From a virus, in IMG/VR virus record IMGVR_UViG_3300029915_000016, positions 18,613 to 82,612 of that record: a DNA stretch of 64,000 nt; one strand, given 5' to 3'. A program made the translations under genes and the position numbers. This document shows, one piece after another, positions 35,877 through 42,806 of the stretch; the first letter of the stretch is position 1; every line of letters starts with the position of its first letter. Under the pieces are notes generated by a model. That model saw nothing but the letters and a program-made list of their open reading frames with translations. It had not been told where the DNA came from and ran no database searches.

Positions 35877-35950
35877 GGGATCGTCGTTCAACGTTAGGAC
35901 ATTGCCCTTTGGAGGCAATTATCAAGGTTAGAATCCTTGCGATCCTGCCA
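35877..35950 (+). tRNA. trnQ: tRNA-Gln(TTG)
   Basis: TTGCC-ctTTGga-GGCAA; GCCA. Confidence 0.85.
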
Positions 35951-35958
35951 AACAGTAA

Positions 35959-36033
35959 GCGGGTGTATATCAACGGTAGATAGTCTCGTTGCCAACGAGA
36001 AGGAAGAGGGATCGTCACCCTCCACCCGCTCCA
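35959..36033 (+). tRNA. trnG: tRNA-Gly(GCC)
   Basis: TCTCG-ttGCCaa-CGAGA; TCCA. Confidence 0.85.
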
Positions 36034-36128
36034 TATTAGGAATAGTAGCCGACATGGAACATAAGATGATTTTGATGAGTGCCGACTTCCGAGAGGTACA
36101 CAAGGTTGTAGTGGCAAAACGTAAACAT

Positions 36129-36203
36129 GCTGGTATGGCCGAGAGCTTAGGCGCTGACCCCGTAAGTCAGAACACACAGGTTGAAATCCTGTTGCCAGCC
36201 CCA
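36129..36203 (+). tRNA. trnT: tRNA-Thr(CGT)
   Basis: CTGAC-ccCGTaa-GTCAG; CCA. Confidence 0.75.
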
Positions 36204-36238
36204 TTTCAAGAGAGTCAAGCTACGGATTGAGGTACGTG

Positions 36239-36784
36239 ATGAGCACGTTGATGAAAAAGCCGGTTTTGGTCCTTAACGCCTCGTATGAGCCGATCAGGAT
36301 AGTTCCAGCGCGTCGTGCTCTCACGTTGATTTGTAAGGGTGCTGCAATGGTTGAGCAACCTACACGGATAGAAGTCTATCCGGGTATAACTCTACCATCT
36401 GTAATCCGGCTTAGGACATATCGGCATATTCCTATACGCCTTCAAATTGTCAGTCGCAAGAACATTTATATCCGTGACGGTCATAGGTGCGGATATTGTG
36501 GACAGCAATTCAAAGGTGATGAACTGACGTTAGATCACATTCAACCAAGATCCCGTGGAGGAAAGAACGACTGGTCTAACCTAGTAACTTGCTGCCGAAA
36601 AGACAACCATCGTAAGGCAGACAGGACGCCAGAGGAGGCAGGAATGAAACTGCTCCGTAAGCCTCTTCCGGCAACAGTTCACACAGGACGTGGATTGCTA
36701 CGTTCCATGGCGCTTGAAGTTGGGGCGTGGGAAAAGTATTTGTATTCCGACTCAAAAGGAGAAACGAAGTTGCAGTTTTCGTAA
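36239..36784 (+). CDS. HNH endonuclease (McrA-like)
   Basis: VLVLNASYEP, RDGHRCGYCG, TLDHIQPRSRGG, WSNLV. Confidence 0.9.
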   Translation: MSTLMKKPVLVLNASYEPIRIVPARRALTLICKGAAMVEQPTRIEVYPGITLPSVIRLRTYRHIPIRLQIVSRKNIYIRDGHRCGYCGQQFKGDELTLDHIQPRSRGGKNDWSNLVTCCRKDNHRKADRTPEEAGMKLLRKPLPATVHTGRGLLRSMALEVGAWEKYLYSDSKGETKLQFS

Positions 36785-36788
36785 GTTT

Positions 36789-36860
36789 GCCGAATGCTCT
36801 GAGTAGCAGCGGGAGCTTGTATCTCCTGCCCGGTCGGTTCGATTCCGACATTCGGCTCCA
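36789..36860 (+). tRNA. trnT: tRNA-Thr(TGT)
   Basis: GGAG-ctTGTat-CTCC; TCCA. Confidence 0.75.
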
Positions 36861-36960
36861 AGTGGCTGAGGAAGCCAATCCGTTAAGCGTGGAGCACATG
36901 GCTTAACGGGCTAGGGGACACGGGGCGAGTGCTACGCAATCCGACTCCACCAAAGTTCAT

Positions 36961-37036
36961 GGCGGCTATAGTTCAGAGGCAGAACGCCGGTCTGTGGCAT
37001 CGGATGTCGGGATTTCAAAATTCCCTAGCCGCCCCA
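36961..37036 (+). tRNA. trnH: tRNA-His(GTG)
   Basis: G-1:C73; ctGTGgc. Confidence 0.85.
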
Positions 37037-37043
37037 TTTTAAC

Positions 37044-37118
37044 GGGCCAGTAGCATAGATGTAATGCGTCACCCCTGCAAGGTGAAGTTCGAGGACTCAA
37101 GCCCCTCCTGGTCCACCA
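37044..37118 (+). tRNA. trnA: tRNA-Ala(TGC)
   Basis: G3:U70; TCACC-ccTGCaa-GGTGA. Confidence 0.8.
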
Positions 37119-37127
37119 GTTTTGTAC

Positions 37128-37204
37128 GGCACTGTAGCTCAGAATGGTAGAGCAGGACTCTGAAAAGGTCCGTGTCGCGGTCTCGATAGCCGCCAGTGCC
37201 ACCA
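37128..37204 (+). tRNA. trnF: tRNA-Phe(GAA)
   Basis: GGACT-ctGAAaa-GGTCC; ACCA. Confidence 0.85.
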
Positions 37205-37205
37205 T

Positions 37206-37283
37206 CGGAATGTAGCGTAGTCTGCTTAACGCGCTCGCTTCGGGAGCGAGAGATCGCAGGTCGAAATCCTGCCATTCCGACCA
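37206..37283 (+). tRNA. trnP: tRNA-Pro(CGG)
   Basis: CTCGC-ttCGGga-GCGAG. Confidence 0.9.
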
Positions 37284-37289
37284 GTTTAA

Positions 37290-37364
37290 CGGGGTGTAGC
37301 TCAAAGGAAGAGCACTAGTTTTGGGAACTAGAGGCTGTGGTATCGTGATCCACCACCCCGACCA
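37290..37364 (+). tRNA. trnP: tRNA-Pro(TGG)
   Basis: CTAGT-ttTGGga-ACTAG. Confidence 0.85.
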
Positions 37365-37380
37365 TCTATTAGGAGTAGCG

Positions 37381-37626
37381 ATGAGGGATATAACAATACA
37401 GGAAGCATCCGAGTGTATCAAGAGAACGCTACCGCGCTGCACGCCTGATATTTGGTTTCTCACGCGCTTCAAGGATTACGTGAATAACAACACAGAAGTT
37501 GACGATATGGAGGAAGATGAATTTTTCGATAGTTTTCTTCCTTGCGCTTTGTGGGCTTTCACTGAAGCGATGTACAGCACGATTATGCCAGTTACTAGGT
37601 TTGGCGAATGTGCGCCTCTAGCTTAA
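37381..37626 (+). CDS. Small hypothetical protein
   Basis: RBS AGGAG; 3' end overlaps tRNA-Arg. Confidence 0.5.
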   Translation: MRDITIQEASECIKRTLPRCTPDIWFLTRFKDYVNNNTEVDDMEEDEFFDSFLPCALWAFTEAMYSTIMPVTRFGECAPLA

Positions 37627-37687
37627 TGGAAAGAGCGGCACTCTACGAAAGTGTCAGGTTCCCGTTCAAGTCGGGAGGGGCGTACCA
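37612..37687 (+). tRNA. trnR: tRNA-Arg(ACG)
   Basis: GCACT-ctACGaa-AGTGT; ACCA. Confidence 0.85.
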
Positions 37688-37717
37688 AAGATTTTCACAT
37701 GCAAGCAAAAATAGTGC

Positions 37718-37746
37718 TTGCAATTGCGCAGAGTTTGATGTAAGGT
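37718..37746 (+). promoter_or_regulatory. Putative promoter of the Y RNA/Ro60 operon
   Basis: TTGCAA-N17-TAAGGT with TG extension. Confidence 0.55.
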
Positions 37747-37865
37747 TGGAAATGTTGAGTTTGAGCTTCGGTGCAGGAATGGAAACATGACCATCCTGAC
37801 GAATTAGGTCTCAGAGTATCGAGCCTTGTAGCTAGGTTACAGGACGGCTACCACCGGAAATAAGT

Positions 37866-38011
37866 AAGCGAGAGCCGGAAGAGTTGGATTATCGCCTATG
37901 GAGCGGGTTATACGGGTTCGAGTCCCGTCTGGGGAACCAATAACGAATCGACTTCCCCGGTCGTCTAATGGCAGGACGCCTAAACATCCAGTTCGCTATT
38001 TGTTCTCGCTT
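37866..38011 (+). ncRNA. Y RNA-like 1 (YrlA-type; T arm before D arm)
   Basis: Terminal stem with GAGCCGGAAG/CTATTTGTTC; GGTTCGAGTCC precedes GTCTAATGGCAGGAC. Confidence 0.75.
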
Positions 38012-38018
38012 TAAGTTT

Positions 38019-38148
38019 TGCACGAGCCGTCCGAATTTCGTTATCCTCCGCCAAACTGGGGGCGTAGCTTAATGGCTAAAGCGCCAGAGTAATCTGGATA
38101 TTGGGTTCGAGTCCCACGTCAACGCGAAGTTCAATTTTTGTTCGTGCA
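38019..38148 (+). ncRNA. Y RNA-like 2 with embedded tRNA-like D/AC/T arms
   Basis: Same terminal motif; TAGCTTAATGG...GGTTCGAGTCC. Confidence 0.7.
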
Positions 38149-38155
38149 GTTTTTT

Positions 38156-38214
38156 GTACGGGTCGGAAGCCAGCGTTACCTTGTAAATATCGCTGTCTGA
38201 TTATTTATCCGTAC
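38156..38214 (+). ncRNA. Y RNA-like 3 (short)
   Basis: GTACGGGTCGGAAG...TTATTTATCCGTAC. Confidence 0.6.
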
Positions 38215-38230
38215 CAATGGAGAGTGAATC

Positions 38231-38710
38231 ATGGGTTTCATAGCCGAAGTTTCAGCCACAGATAGGTTTTGGAGTAAGGTTGATAAATCGGCTGGGCATG
38301 GTCCAAACGGGGACTGTTGGGTTTGGACTGCACGTAGGAATTTAGATGGCTATGGGCAGTTTCGTCCTTCCTCTTGGAGATCAGGTGGTAAACTTGTAAG
38401 CGCACACGTATTTTCGTATCGCGAGAGTTTTGGCGAGTTTGATGCTGGATTACAAGTCCTGCATCGCTGCGATAATCCGGCTTGCGTTAGGGCAGAACAT
38501 TTGTTTGTAGGTACGCAGGGTGACAATGTTCACGACATGATAGCGAAAAATAGATCGGGCCTAAATTTTCTTGGCTCTGATGTGATCGCTAACATTCTCG
38601 CGATGCATGGCAAAGGGATTAAACAGACAGAAATTGCCAAGAACGTTGGGATACACAAGCAATCTGTCTGGAGAATCATTAAGAGGATGGCGGTAAAATC
38701 CTTGGCGTGA
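38231..38710 (+). CDS. HNH endonuclease with C-terminal HTH
   Basis: RFWSKV..CWVW..VLHRCDNPACV..HLFVGT..DN. Confidence 0.9.
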   Translation: MGFIAEVSATDRFWSKVDKSAGHGPNGDCWVWTARRNLDGYGQFRPSSWRSGGKLVSAHVFSYRESFGEFDAGLQVLHRCDNPACVRAEHLFVGTQGDNVHDMIAKNRSGLNFLGSDVIANILAMHGKGIKQTEIAKNVGIHKQSVWRIIKRMAVKSLA

Positions 38711-38717
38711 TAAGTTT

Positions 38718-38787
38718 TGCATGGGTCGTTTGGCTCAGCGTTATCCTTCTAAGATAAAACCGCTGGCTGGTTGTTTTTATCCATGCA
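38718..38787 (+). ncRNA. Y RNA-like 4
   Basis: TGCATGGGTCG...TTTTATCCATGCA. Confidence 0.6.
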
Positions 38788-38795
38788 GTGTTTCA

Positions 38796-38938
38796 AAGTG
38801 CGAGTCGAAAGAAGTTGATTATCTCAACATGAATGTCATGGGTTCGATTCCCATCGTCGTAGTAATACGATGTAGCTCAGTTGGTAGAGCGTCTGGATGC
38901 CGAAAGGCGTATTCGACTTCAACCATTTATTCGCACTT
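38796..38938 (+). ncRNA. Y RNA-like 5 (YrlA-type; T arm before D arm)
   Basis: GTCGAAAG motif; GGTTCGATTCC then TAGCTCAGTTGGTAGAGC. Confidence 0.75.
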
Positions 38939-38942
38939 AAGT

Positions 38943-39044
38943 TTGTCAGAGCCGGATGGGTTTGGTTATCGGTTCAAATCCGCTACACCGCAAGGTGAAT
39001 GGCTGTCCGCAAGGACAATCCAAATCCGCTATTTGTTCTGACAA
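38943..39044 (+). ncRNA. Y RNA-like 6
   Basis: TTGTCAGAGCCG...CTATTTGTTCTGACAA; T arm; GCAA hairpins. Confidence 0.65.
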
Positions 39045-39050
39045 TAAGTT

Positions 39051-39127
39051 TGCAGGGTCGGAAGTTCACTGTTCTCTACTACGAATAGAATGCCGAAAGG
39101 CGCACGGTGGGCACTATTTATCCTGCA
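39051..39127 (+). ncRNA. Y RNA-like 7
   Basis: TGCAGGGTCGGAAG...CTATTTATCCTGCA. Confidence 0.6.
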
Positions 39128-39136
39128 TTGAATGTC

Positions 39137-39179
39137 CATAAGGGTCGAGCGGCAAAGCCGTTCCAATTTTATCCTTATG
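39137..39179 (+). ncRNA. Y RNA-like 8 (minimal; directly upstream of Ro60 RBS)
   Basis: CATAAGGGTCG...TTTTATCCTTATG. Confidence 0.5.
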
Positions 39180-39195
39180 ACCGGGAGAAAGACGA

Positions 39196-40881
39196 ATGAA
39201 GAACTATATCACCAATGTAATTGATCCATCCACCACGCCTCAGACTGAGGCACTTCCAAACAAAAACCAAGTGAAGAACTCCGCTGGCGGATTCGTGTTT
39301 GCTGTGACGCCATGGACCCGGCTTGAGAGGTTCCTTGTACTGGGAACTGAGGGCGGATCATACTACGCATCAGAGCGCGATCTGACCAAGACCAACATCG
39401 ATGGCCTCAAGTCTGCTTTGGCTGAGGATGGCATCCGGTTTGTCAACACGGTTGCCCAAATCAGTCATGCTGGCCGTGCGCCGAAGAATGATCCTGCGTT
39501 GTTTGCATTGGCTTTGGCTGTTGCCGACAAGCGCAAGGATGTATCCGCATACGCCCTGAGCAAGCTGTCAGACGTGGCGAGAATTCCCACACACCTGTTT
39601 TCCTTTGCACAGTACGTGCAGAGCCTACGGGGTTGGGGAAGGGCGCTGCGTGGTGGAGTGGCTGATTGGTATCTGTCTAAGCCTGCTGACAAGTTGGCTT
39701 ACCAACTTGCAAAGTACCAGTCGCGTAACGGATGGTCAAACGCAGACCTTTTGCGCCTGAGTCATGCCAACCCTGAGTTGCAGCCTGACCATAAGATTCT
39801 TTTGAATTGGGCTGTGAAGGGATGGGAGTCTGTTGGTGACGATCCTCATCCGTCAAAGGCTGTTCTTCCGGTGTGGGCATTTGAAAAGGCAAAGCGCCTC
39901 ACTCCTCAAACGGGAATCAAGGAACTGGTTAGTCTCATTGCGGATTACGATCTTCCGCGTGAGTGCATTCCTACCGAGTTCTTGTCTCATATTGAGGTAT
40001 GGGATGCATTGCTTCAGAAGATGCCAATGACGGCCATGATTCGCAACCTTGGAAAGATGACTTCCATCGGACTAGTCTCGCCAAACAGTGAGGCGGCAAA
40101 GATGGTAGGAAAGCGCCTTGAGGACGCAGAACTGCTCCACAAGGCACGGATTCATCCTATCTCTGTGCTGATGGCACAATCTGTCTACAAGTGCGGTCAT
40201 GGACTCAAAGGCAACTTGTCATGGTCTCCTGTACCGCGTGTTGTAAACGCTCTAGAGAAGGCTTTCTATGCTTCTTTTGCCAACGCACCAAAGACCGGAA
40301 AGAGGTTCTACATCGGCCTTGACGTTTCCGGTTCGATGGGAAGCGGATATGTTGCCGGAAGTCAATTGACTCCTCGTGAGGCTGCTGCTGCTATGGCAAT
40401 GGTAACCATGAAGACGGAGGACGAGTATTACATCGCTGGATTCACGAACGGCACATCCCGCTCTGCATGGTCTAGCCAAGGATATGGCTCTGGTGTCACG
40501 AAGTTGGAATTGACTCCTGATATGACTTTGAAAGCTGCTTGCCGGTACACTTCTGATTTGCCTTTCGGTGGAACAGACTGCGCTTTGCCAATGATCGATG
40601 CTTTGGAGAAGAAGATCCCTGCGGACGTGTTCATGGTCATCACTGACTCTGAAACGTGGGCAGGAACCAAGCACCCAACCGTTGCTTTGCAGGAATACCG
40701 CAACAAGATGAAGATCGACGCCAAGTTGATCGTCATGGGAATGGTATCGAACGAGTTCACGATTGCCGATCCTACCGATGCGGGACAGATGGACGTGGTT
40801 GGATTCGATGCGTCCGTTCCACAGGTCATCGCTCAGTTCATCGGCGTGGATGAGCCTCTGGCTGTTGAAACAGACGACTAA
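39196..40881 (+). CDS. rsr: Ro60/Rsr TROVE-vWA RNA-binding protein
   Basis: NSAGGFVF, RLERFLVLGTEGGSYY, GWGRALR, KYQSRNGWS, MIRNLGKM, vWA DVSGSM, ITDSET. Confidence 0.95.
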   Translation: MKNYITNVIDPSTTPQTEALPNKNQVKNSAGGFVFAVTPWTRLERFLVLGTEGGSYYASERDLTKTNIDGLKSALAEDGIRFVNTVAQISHAGRAPKNDPALFALALAVADKRKDVSAYALSKLSDVARIPTHLFSFAQYVQSLRGWGRALRGGVADWYLSKPADKLAYQLAKYQSRNGWSNADLLRLSHANPELQPDHKILLNWAVKGWESVGDDPHPSKAVLPVWAFEKAKRLTPQTGIKELVSLIADYDLPRECIPTEFLSHIEVWDALLQKMPMTAMIRNLGKMTSIGLVSPNSEAAKMVGKRLEDAELLHKARIHPISVLMAQSVYKCGHGLKGNLSWSPVPRVVNALEKAFYASFANAPKTGKRFYIGLDVSGSMGSGYVAGSQLTPREAAAAMAMVTMKTEDEYYIAGFTNGTSRSAWSSQGYGSGVTKLELTPDMTLKAACRYTSDLPFGGTDCALPMIDALEKKIPADVFMVITDSETWAGTKHPTVALQEYRNKMKIDAKLIVMGMVSNEFTIADPTDAGQMDVVGFDASVPQVIAQFIGVDEPLAVETDD

Positions 40882-40900
40882 CAACAACCGATTGTGAGCA

Positions 40901-40934
40901 GGGGGTGCGGGAATATTCGCACTCCCTATTTTTT
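40901..40934 (+). terminator. Intrinsic terminator after Ro60
   Basis: GGGGTGCGG/TCGCACTCC + T run. Confidence 0.7.
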
Positions 40935-40945
40935 CAGGAGTAAAC

Positions 40946-41269
40946 ATGTATATCGTAGCTCTAATCTGGATGCACTTTGTATCTGATTTCGTCCTACAAT
41001 CGGACAAGATGGCGATCAATAAGTCAAAGGATAACCGTTGGCTCTTCTTTCACTGCCTTGTGTACTCTACACCATTCTTTGTCTTTGGATGGAAGTTTGG
41101 ATGCGTCACACTCCTATTCCATTTCGTGACAGACTACTTCACATCTCGTGGAACGTCCTACTTGTGGAAGAAAGAGATGCGCCACTGGTTCTTCACTTTA
41201 ATCGGCTTCGATCAAGCGATCCATCTGACGACATTATTTTTCACGTACCGATTTTTATGCTTGCGTTAG
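40946..41269 (+). CDS. DUF3307-like membrane protein
   Basis: HFVSDFVLQ...K...HF.TD...DQAIH. Confidence 0.8.
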   Translation: MYIVALIWMHFVSDFVLQSDKMAINKSKDNRWLFFHCLVYSTPFFVFGWKFGCVTLLFHFVTDYFTSRGTSYLWKKEMRHWFFTLIGFDQAIHLTTLFFTYRFLCLR

Positions 41270-41289
41270 GACTCGAAGTGGTGTACATT
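41261..41289 (+). promoter_or_regulatory. Putative promoter of tRNA operon 3
   Basis: TTGCGT-N17-TACATT. Confidence 0.55.
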
Positions 41290-41337
41290 GATTTTACACC
41301 GCAGAAGATCGTGCAGTCGCAGTCGGAAGGATTGAAT

Positions 41338-41412
41338 ATGCAGATCAGGACCAAATCCGTGAGATCCATAACCATGACCGGGAAGCGGGTCATTTGGGGA
41401 ACTTGCGTATGA
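41338..41412 (+). CDS. Leader peptide 3 (MQIRTKSVRSITMTGKRVIWGTCV)
   Basis: RBS GGAAGGA; 19 of 23 post-start codons are amino acids of the downstream tRNAs. Confidence 0.85.
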   Translation: MQIRTKSVRSITMTGKRVIWGTCV

Positions 41413-41437
41413 GGGTCTGAGTGCATTTGTGGTACAC

Positions 41438-41468
41438 AGACCTTCGCCTAGAGCGAGGGTTTTTTGTT
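41438..41468 (+). terminator. Attenuator terminator 3
   Basis: AGACCTTCGC-CTAGA-GCGAGGGTTT + TTTGTT; antiterminator GAGGGTCTG (41411-41419) pairs with CAGACCTTC. Confidence 0.85.
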
Positions 41469-41484
41469 GGAGTTCTTTGACAAT

Positions 41485-41558
41485 AGGGGATTAGTCTAAT
41501 GGCAAAACGTCTGCCTCCAGAGCAGAATTTACGGGTTCGAGTCCTGTATCCCCTGCCA
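41485..41558 (+). tRNA. trnW: tRNA-Trp(CCA)
   Basis: TCTGC-ctCCAga-GCAGA; GCCA. Confidence 0.9.
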
Positions 41559-41563
41559 GATTT

Positions 41564-41632
41564 GGCACGTATCCAAGGCGGAAAGCGGCTCTCATAAAGC
41601 CGTAAACTGGTTCGAGTCCAGACGTGCTACCA
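41564..41632 (+). tRNA. tRNA-Met or Ile2 (CAT), short D arm
   Basis: CGGCT-ctCATaa-AGCCG; ACCA. Confidence 0.7.
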
Positions 41633-41693
41633 AGTTCACGGCGGTTTAAACCTAAACCGATGGCGCAACACCATCCTGCCGTGATTAGTTTTT

Positions 41694-41771
41694 GGGGGTG
41701 TAGCTAGTGTTGGCACCAGCAGTCTCCTTATAAGAGACCGTCCGAAGGTTCGATTCCTTCCACCCCTACCA
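41694..41771 (+). tRNA. trnI: tRNA-Ile(TAT)
   Basis: GTCTC-ctTATaa-GAGAC; ACCA. Confidence 0.8.
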
Positions 41772-41775
41772 TAGT

Positions 41776-41862
41776 GGGACTGTGGCCTAGTCAGGTTTTG
41801 GGCACCCGGCTCTTACCCGGCGCGGAAACGCAACGTAGGTTCAAATCCTACCAGTCCCACCA
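41776..41862 (+). tRNA. trnK: tRNA-Lys(CTT), long variable arm
   Basis: CCGG-ctCTTac-CCGG; GCGGAAACGC arm. Confidence 0.75.
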
Positions 41863-41873
41863 ACACTTTTAAC

Positions 41874-41949
41874 GGGTTTGTCCTCCAACGTCTAGGAAAC
41901 TCGCCTTTTAAGCGAAGCAATGTGGGTTAGAGTCCCACCAAACCCACCA
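41874..41949 (+). tRNA. trnK: tRNA-Lys(TTT)
   Basis: TCGC-ctTTTaa-GCGA; ACCA. Confidence 0.8.
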
Positions 41950-41950
41950 T

Positions 41951-42028
41951 GCACTCGTACCGGCCTCGCCTTCTAAGCGAGTTCACCGTAACTGGAATAT
42001 GCGAGTTCGACTCTCGCCGAGTGCCCCA
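41951..42028 (+). tRNA. trnR: tRNA-Arg(TCT), no canonical D arm
   Basis: Perfect acceptor, anticodon and T arms; only 7 nt at the D position. Confidence 0.7.
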
Positions 42029-42033
42029 GTTTT

Positions 42034-42110
42034 GCCGCTGTATCTCCCCTGCCTCCTAAGCAGGTAAGAGTAAGTGGATGATGACGGTTCGAGTCCGTCC
42101 AGCGGTTCCA
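42034..42110 (+). tRNA. trnR: tRNA-Arg(CCT), no canonical D arm
   Basis: Same architecture as the neighbouring Arg(TCT). Confidence 0.7.
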
Positions 42111-42125
42111 TGAGGGAGAAGTGAA

Positions 42126-42401
42126 ATGCGAAAGTCATCATTAACCGATCCATTGACGGACGAGGAAGTAGACGCAGCAAACGCCGATCCTAGCGACATG
42201 TGGATTCATGTGCGGTGCAAGGATTGTGGGGATGTTGAGTGTTGCTTCAACCGGACAGTAACGTCATGGCAACGTCGGTGTTTTCCTTGCCAGATGGGTT
42301 GGAAGCCGATGAAGAGCGTTAAGAAGATCGCAGAGGTCAACGGATTCAAGCCAGTTCCTATGCGACAACAGGAAGATACGTTTGATCGTGAAACACGATG
42401 A
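42126..42401 (+). CDS. Small Zn-ribbon protein
   Basis: CKDC...CFPC; RBS GGGAG. Confidence 0.55.
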   Translation: MRKSSLTDPLTDEEVDAANADPSDMWIHVRCKDCGDVECCFNRTVTSWQRRCFPCQMGWKPMKSVKKIAEVNGFKPVPMRQQEDTFDRETR

Positions 42402-42408
42402 ACTTTTT

Positions 42409-42483
42409 GCAGGCGTGGTGAAACGGAGATCACAAAGCCCCCCGAAGGCTTAATTCTCGGTTCGAATCCGAGCGCTTGTACCA
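42409..42483 (+). tRNA. trnR: tRNA-Arg(CCG)
   Basis: AAGCC-ccCCGaa-GGCTT; ACCA. Confidence 0.8.
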
Positions 42484-42491
42484 TAGTTTTT

Positions 42492-42566
42492 GCCCCGCTC
42501 GTCTAAAGGTAAAGACCGAAGTCCTACAAACTTCAGATCGGCGTTCAATTCGTCGGTGGGGCACCA
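42492..42566 (+). tRNA. trnV: tRNA-Val(TAC)
   Basis: GAAGT-ccTACaa-ACTTC; ACCA. Confidence 0.8.
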
Positions 42567-42645
42567 AGTTCGGAGTCTGAGGGTTGGTAGCCCTTGGAGG
42601 TTACAACGCACAGATCGAACACCTGTGACTCTGGGATGTGTAAAT

Positions 42646-42719
42646 GTCGATGTAGCACAGTGGCAGTGCCATTGCTCGGTAAGCAATAGACCCGCGTTCG
42701 ATTCGCGGCATCGGCTCCA
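42646..42719 (+). tRNA. trnT: tRNA-Thr(GGT)
   Basis: ATTGC-tcGGTaa-GCAAT; TCCA. Confidence 0.8.
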
Positions 42720-42720
42720 T

Positions 42721-42798
42721 GGCGGTCTAGCTCACATTGAGAAGAGCGTTCCCCTGATAAGGGAGAGGCACCCAGTTCAATTCTGGGGACCGCCACCA
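42721..42798 (+). tRNA. trnI: tRNA-Ile(GAT)
   Basis: TCCC-ctGATaa-GGGA; ACCA. Confidence 0.85.
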
Positions 42799-42806
42799 TA
42801 CGTTGT

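Noticed and set aside
38059-38120. Extra tRNA-Tyr
   Set aside because: Anticodon loop too short, no full acceptor stem or CCA; embedded in Y RNA-like unit 2.
38721-39141. ORFs upstream of Ro60
   Set aside because: Better explained by the repeated Y-RNA-like stems.
41038-41412. 124-aa ORF
   Set aside because: The 5' part overlaps the DUF3307-like gene; only the SD-preceded last 24 codons (leader 3) are credible.
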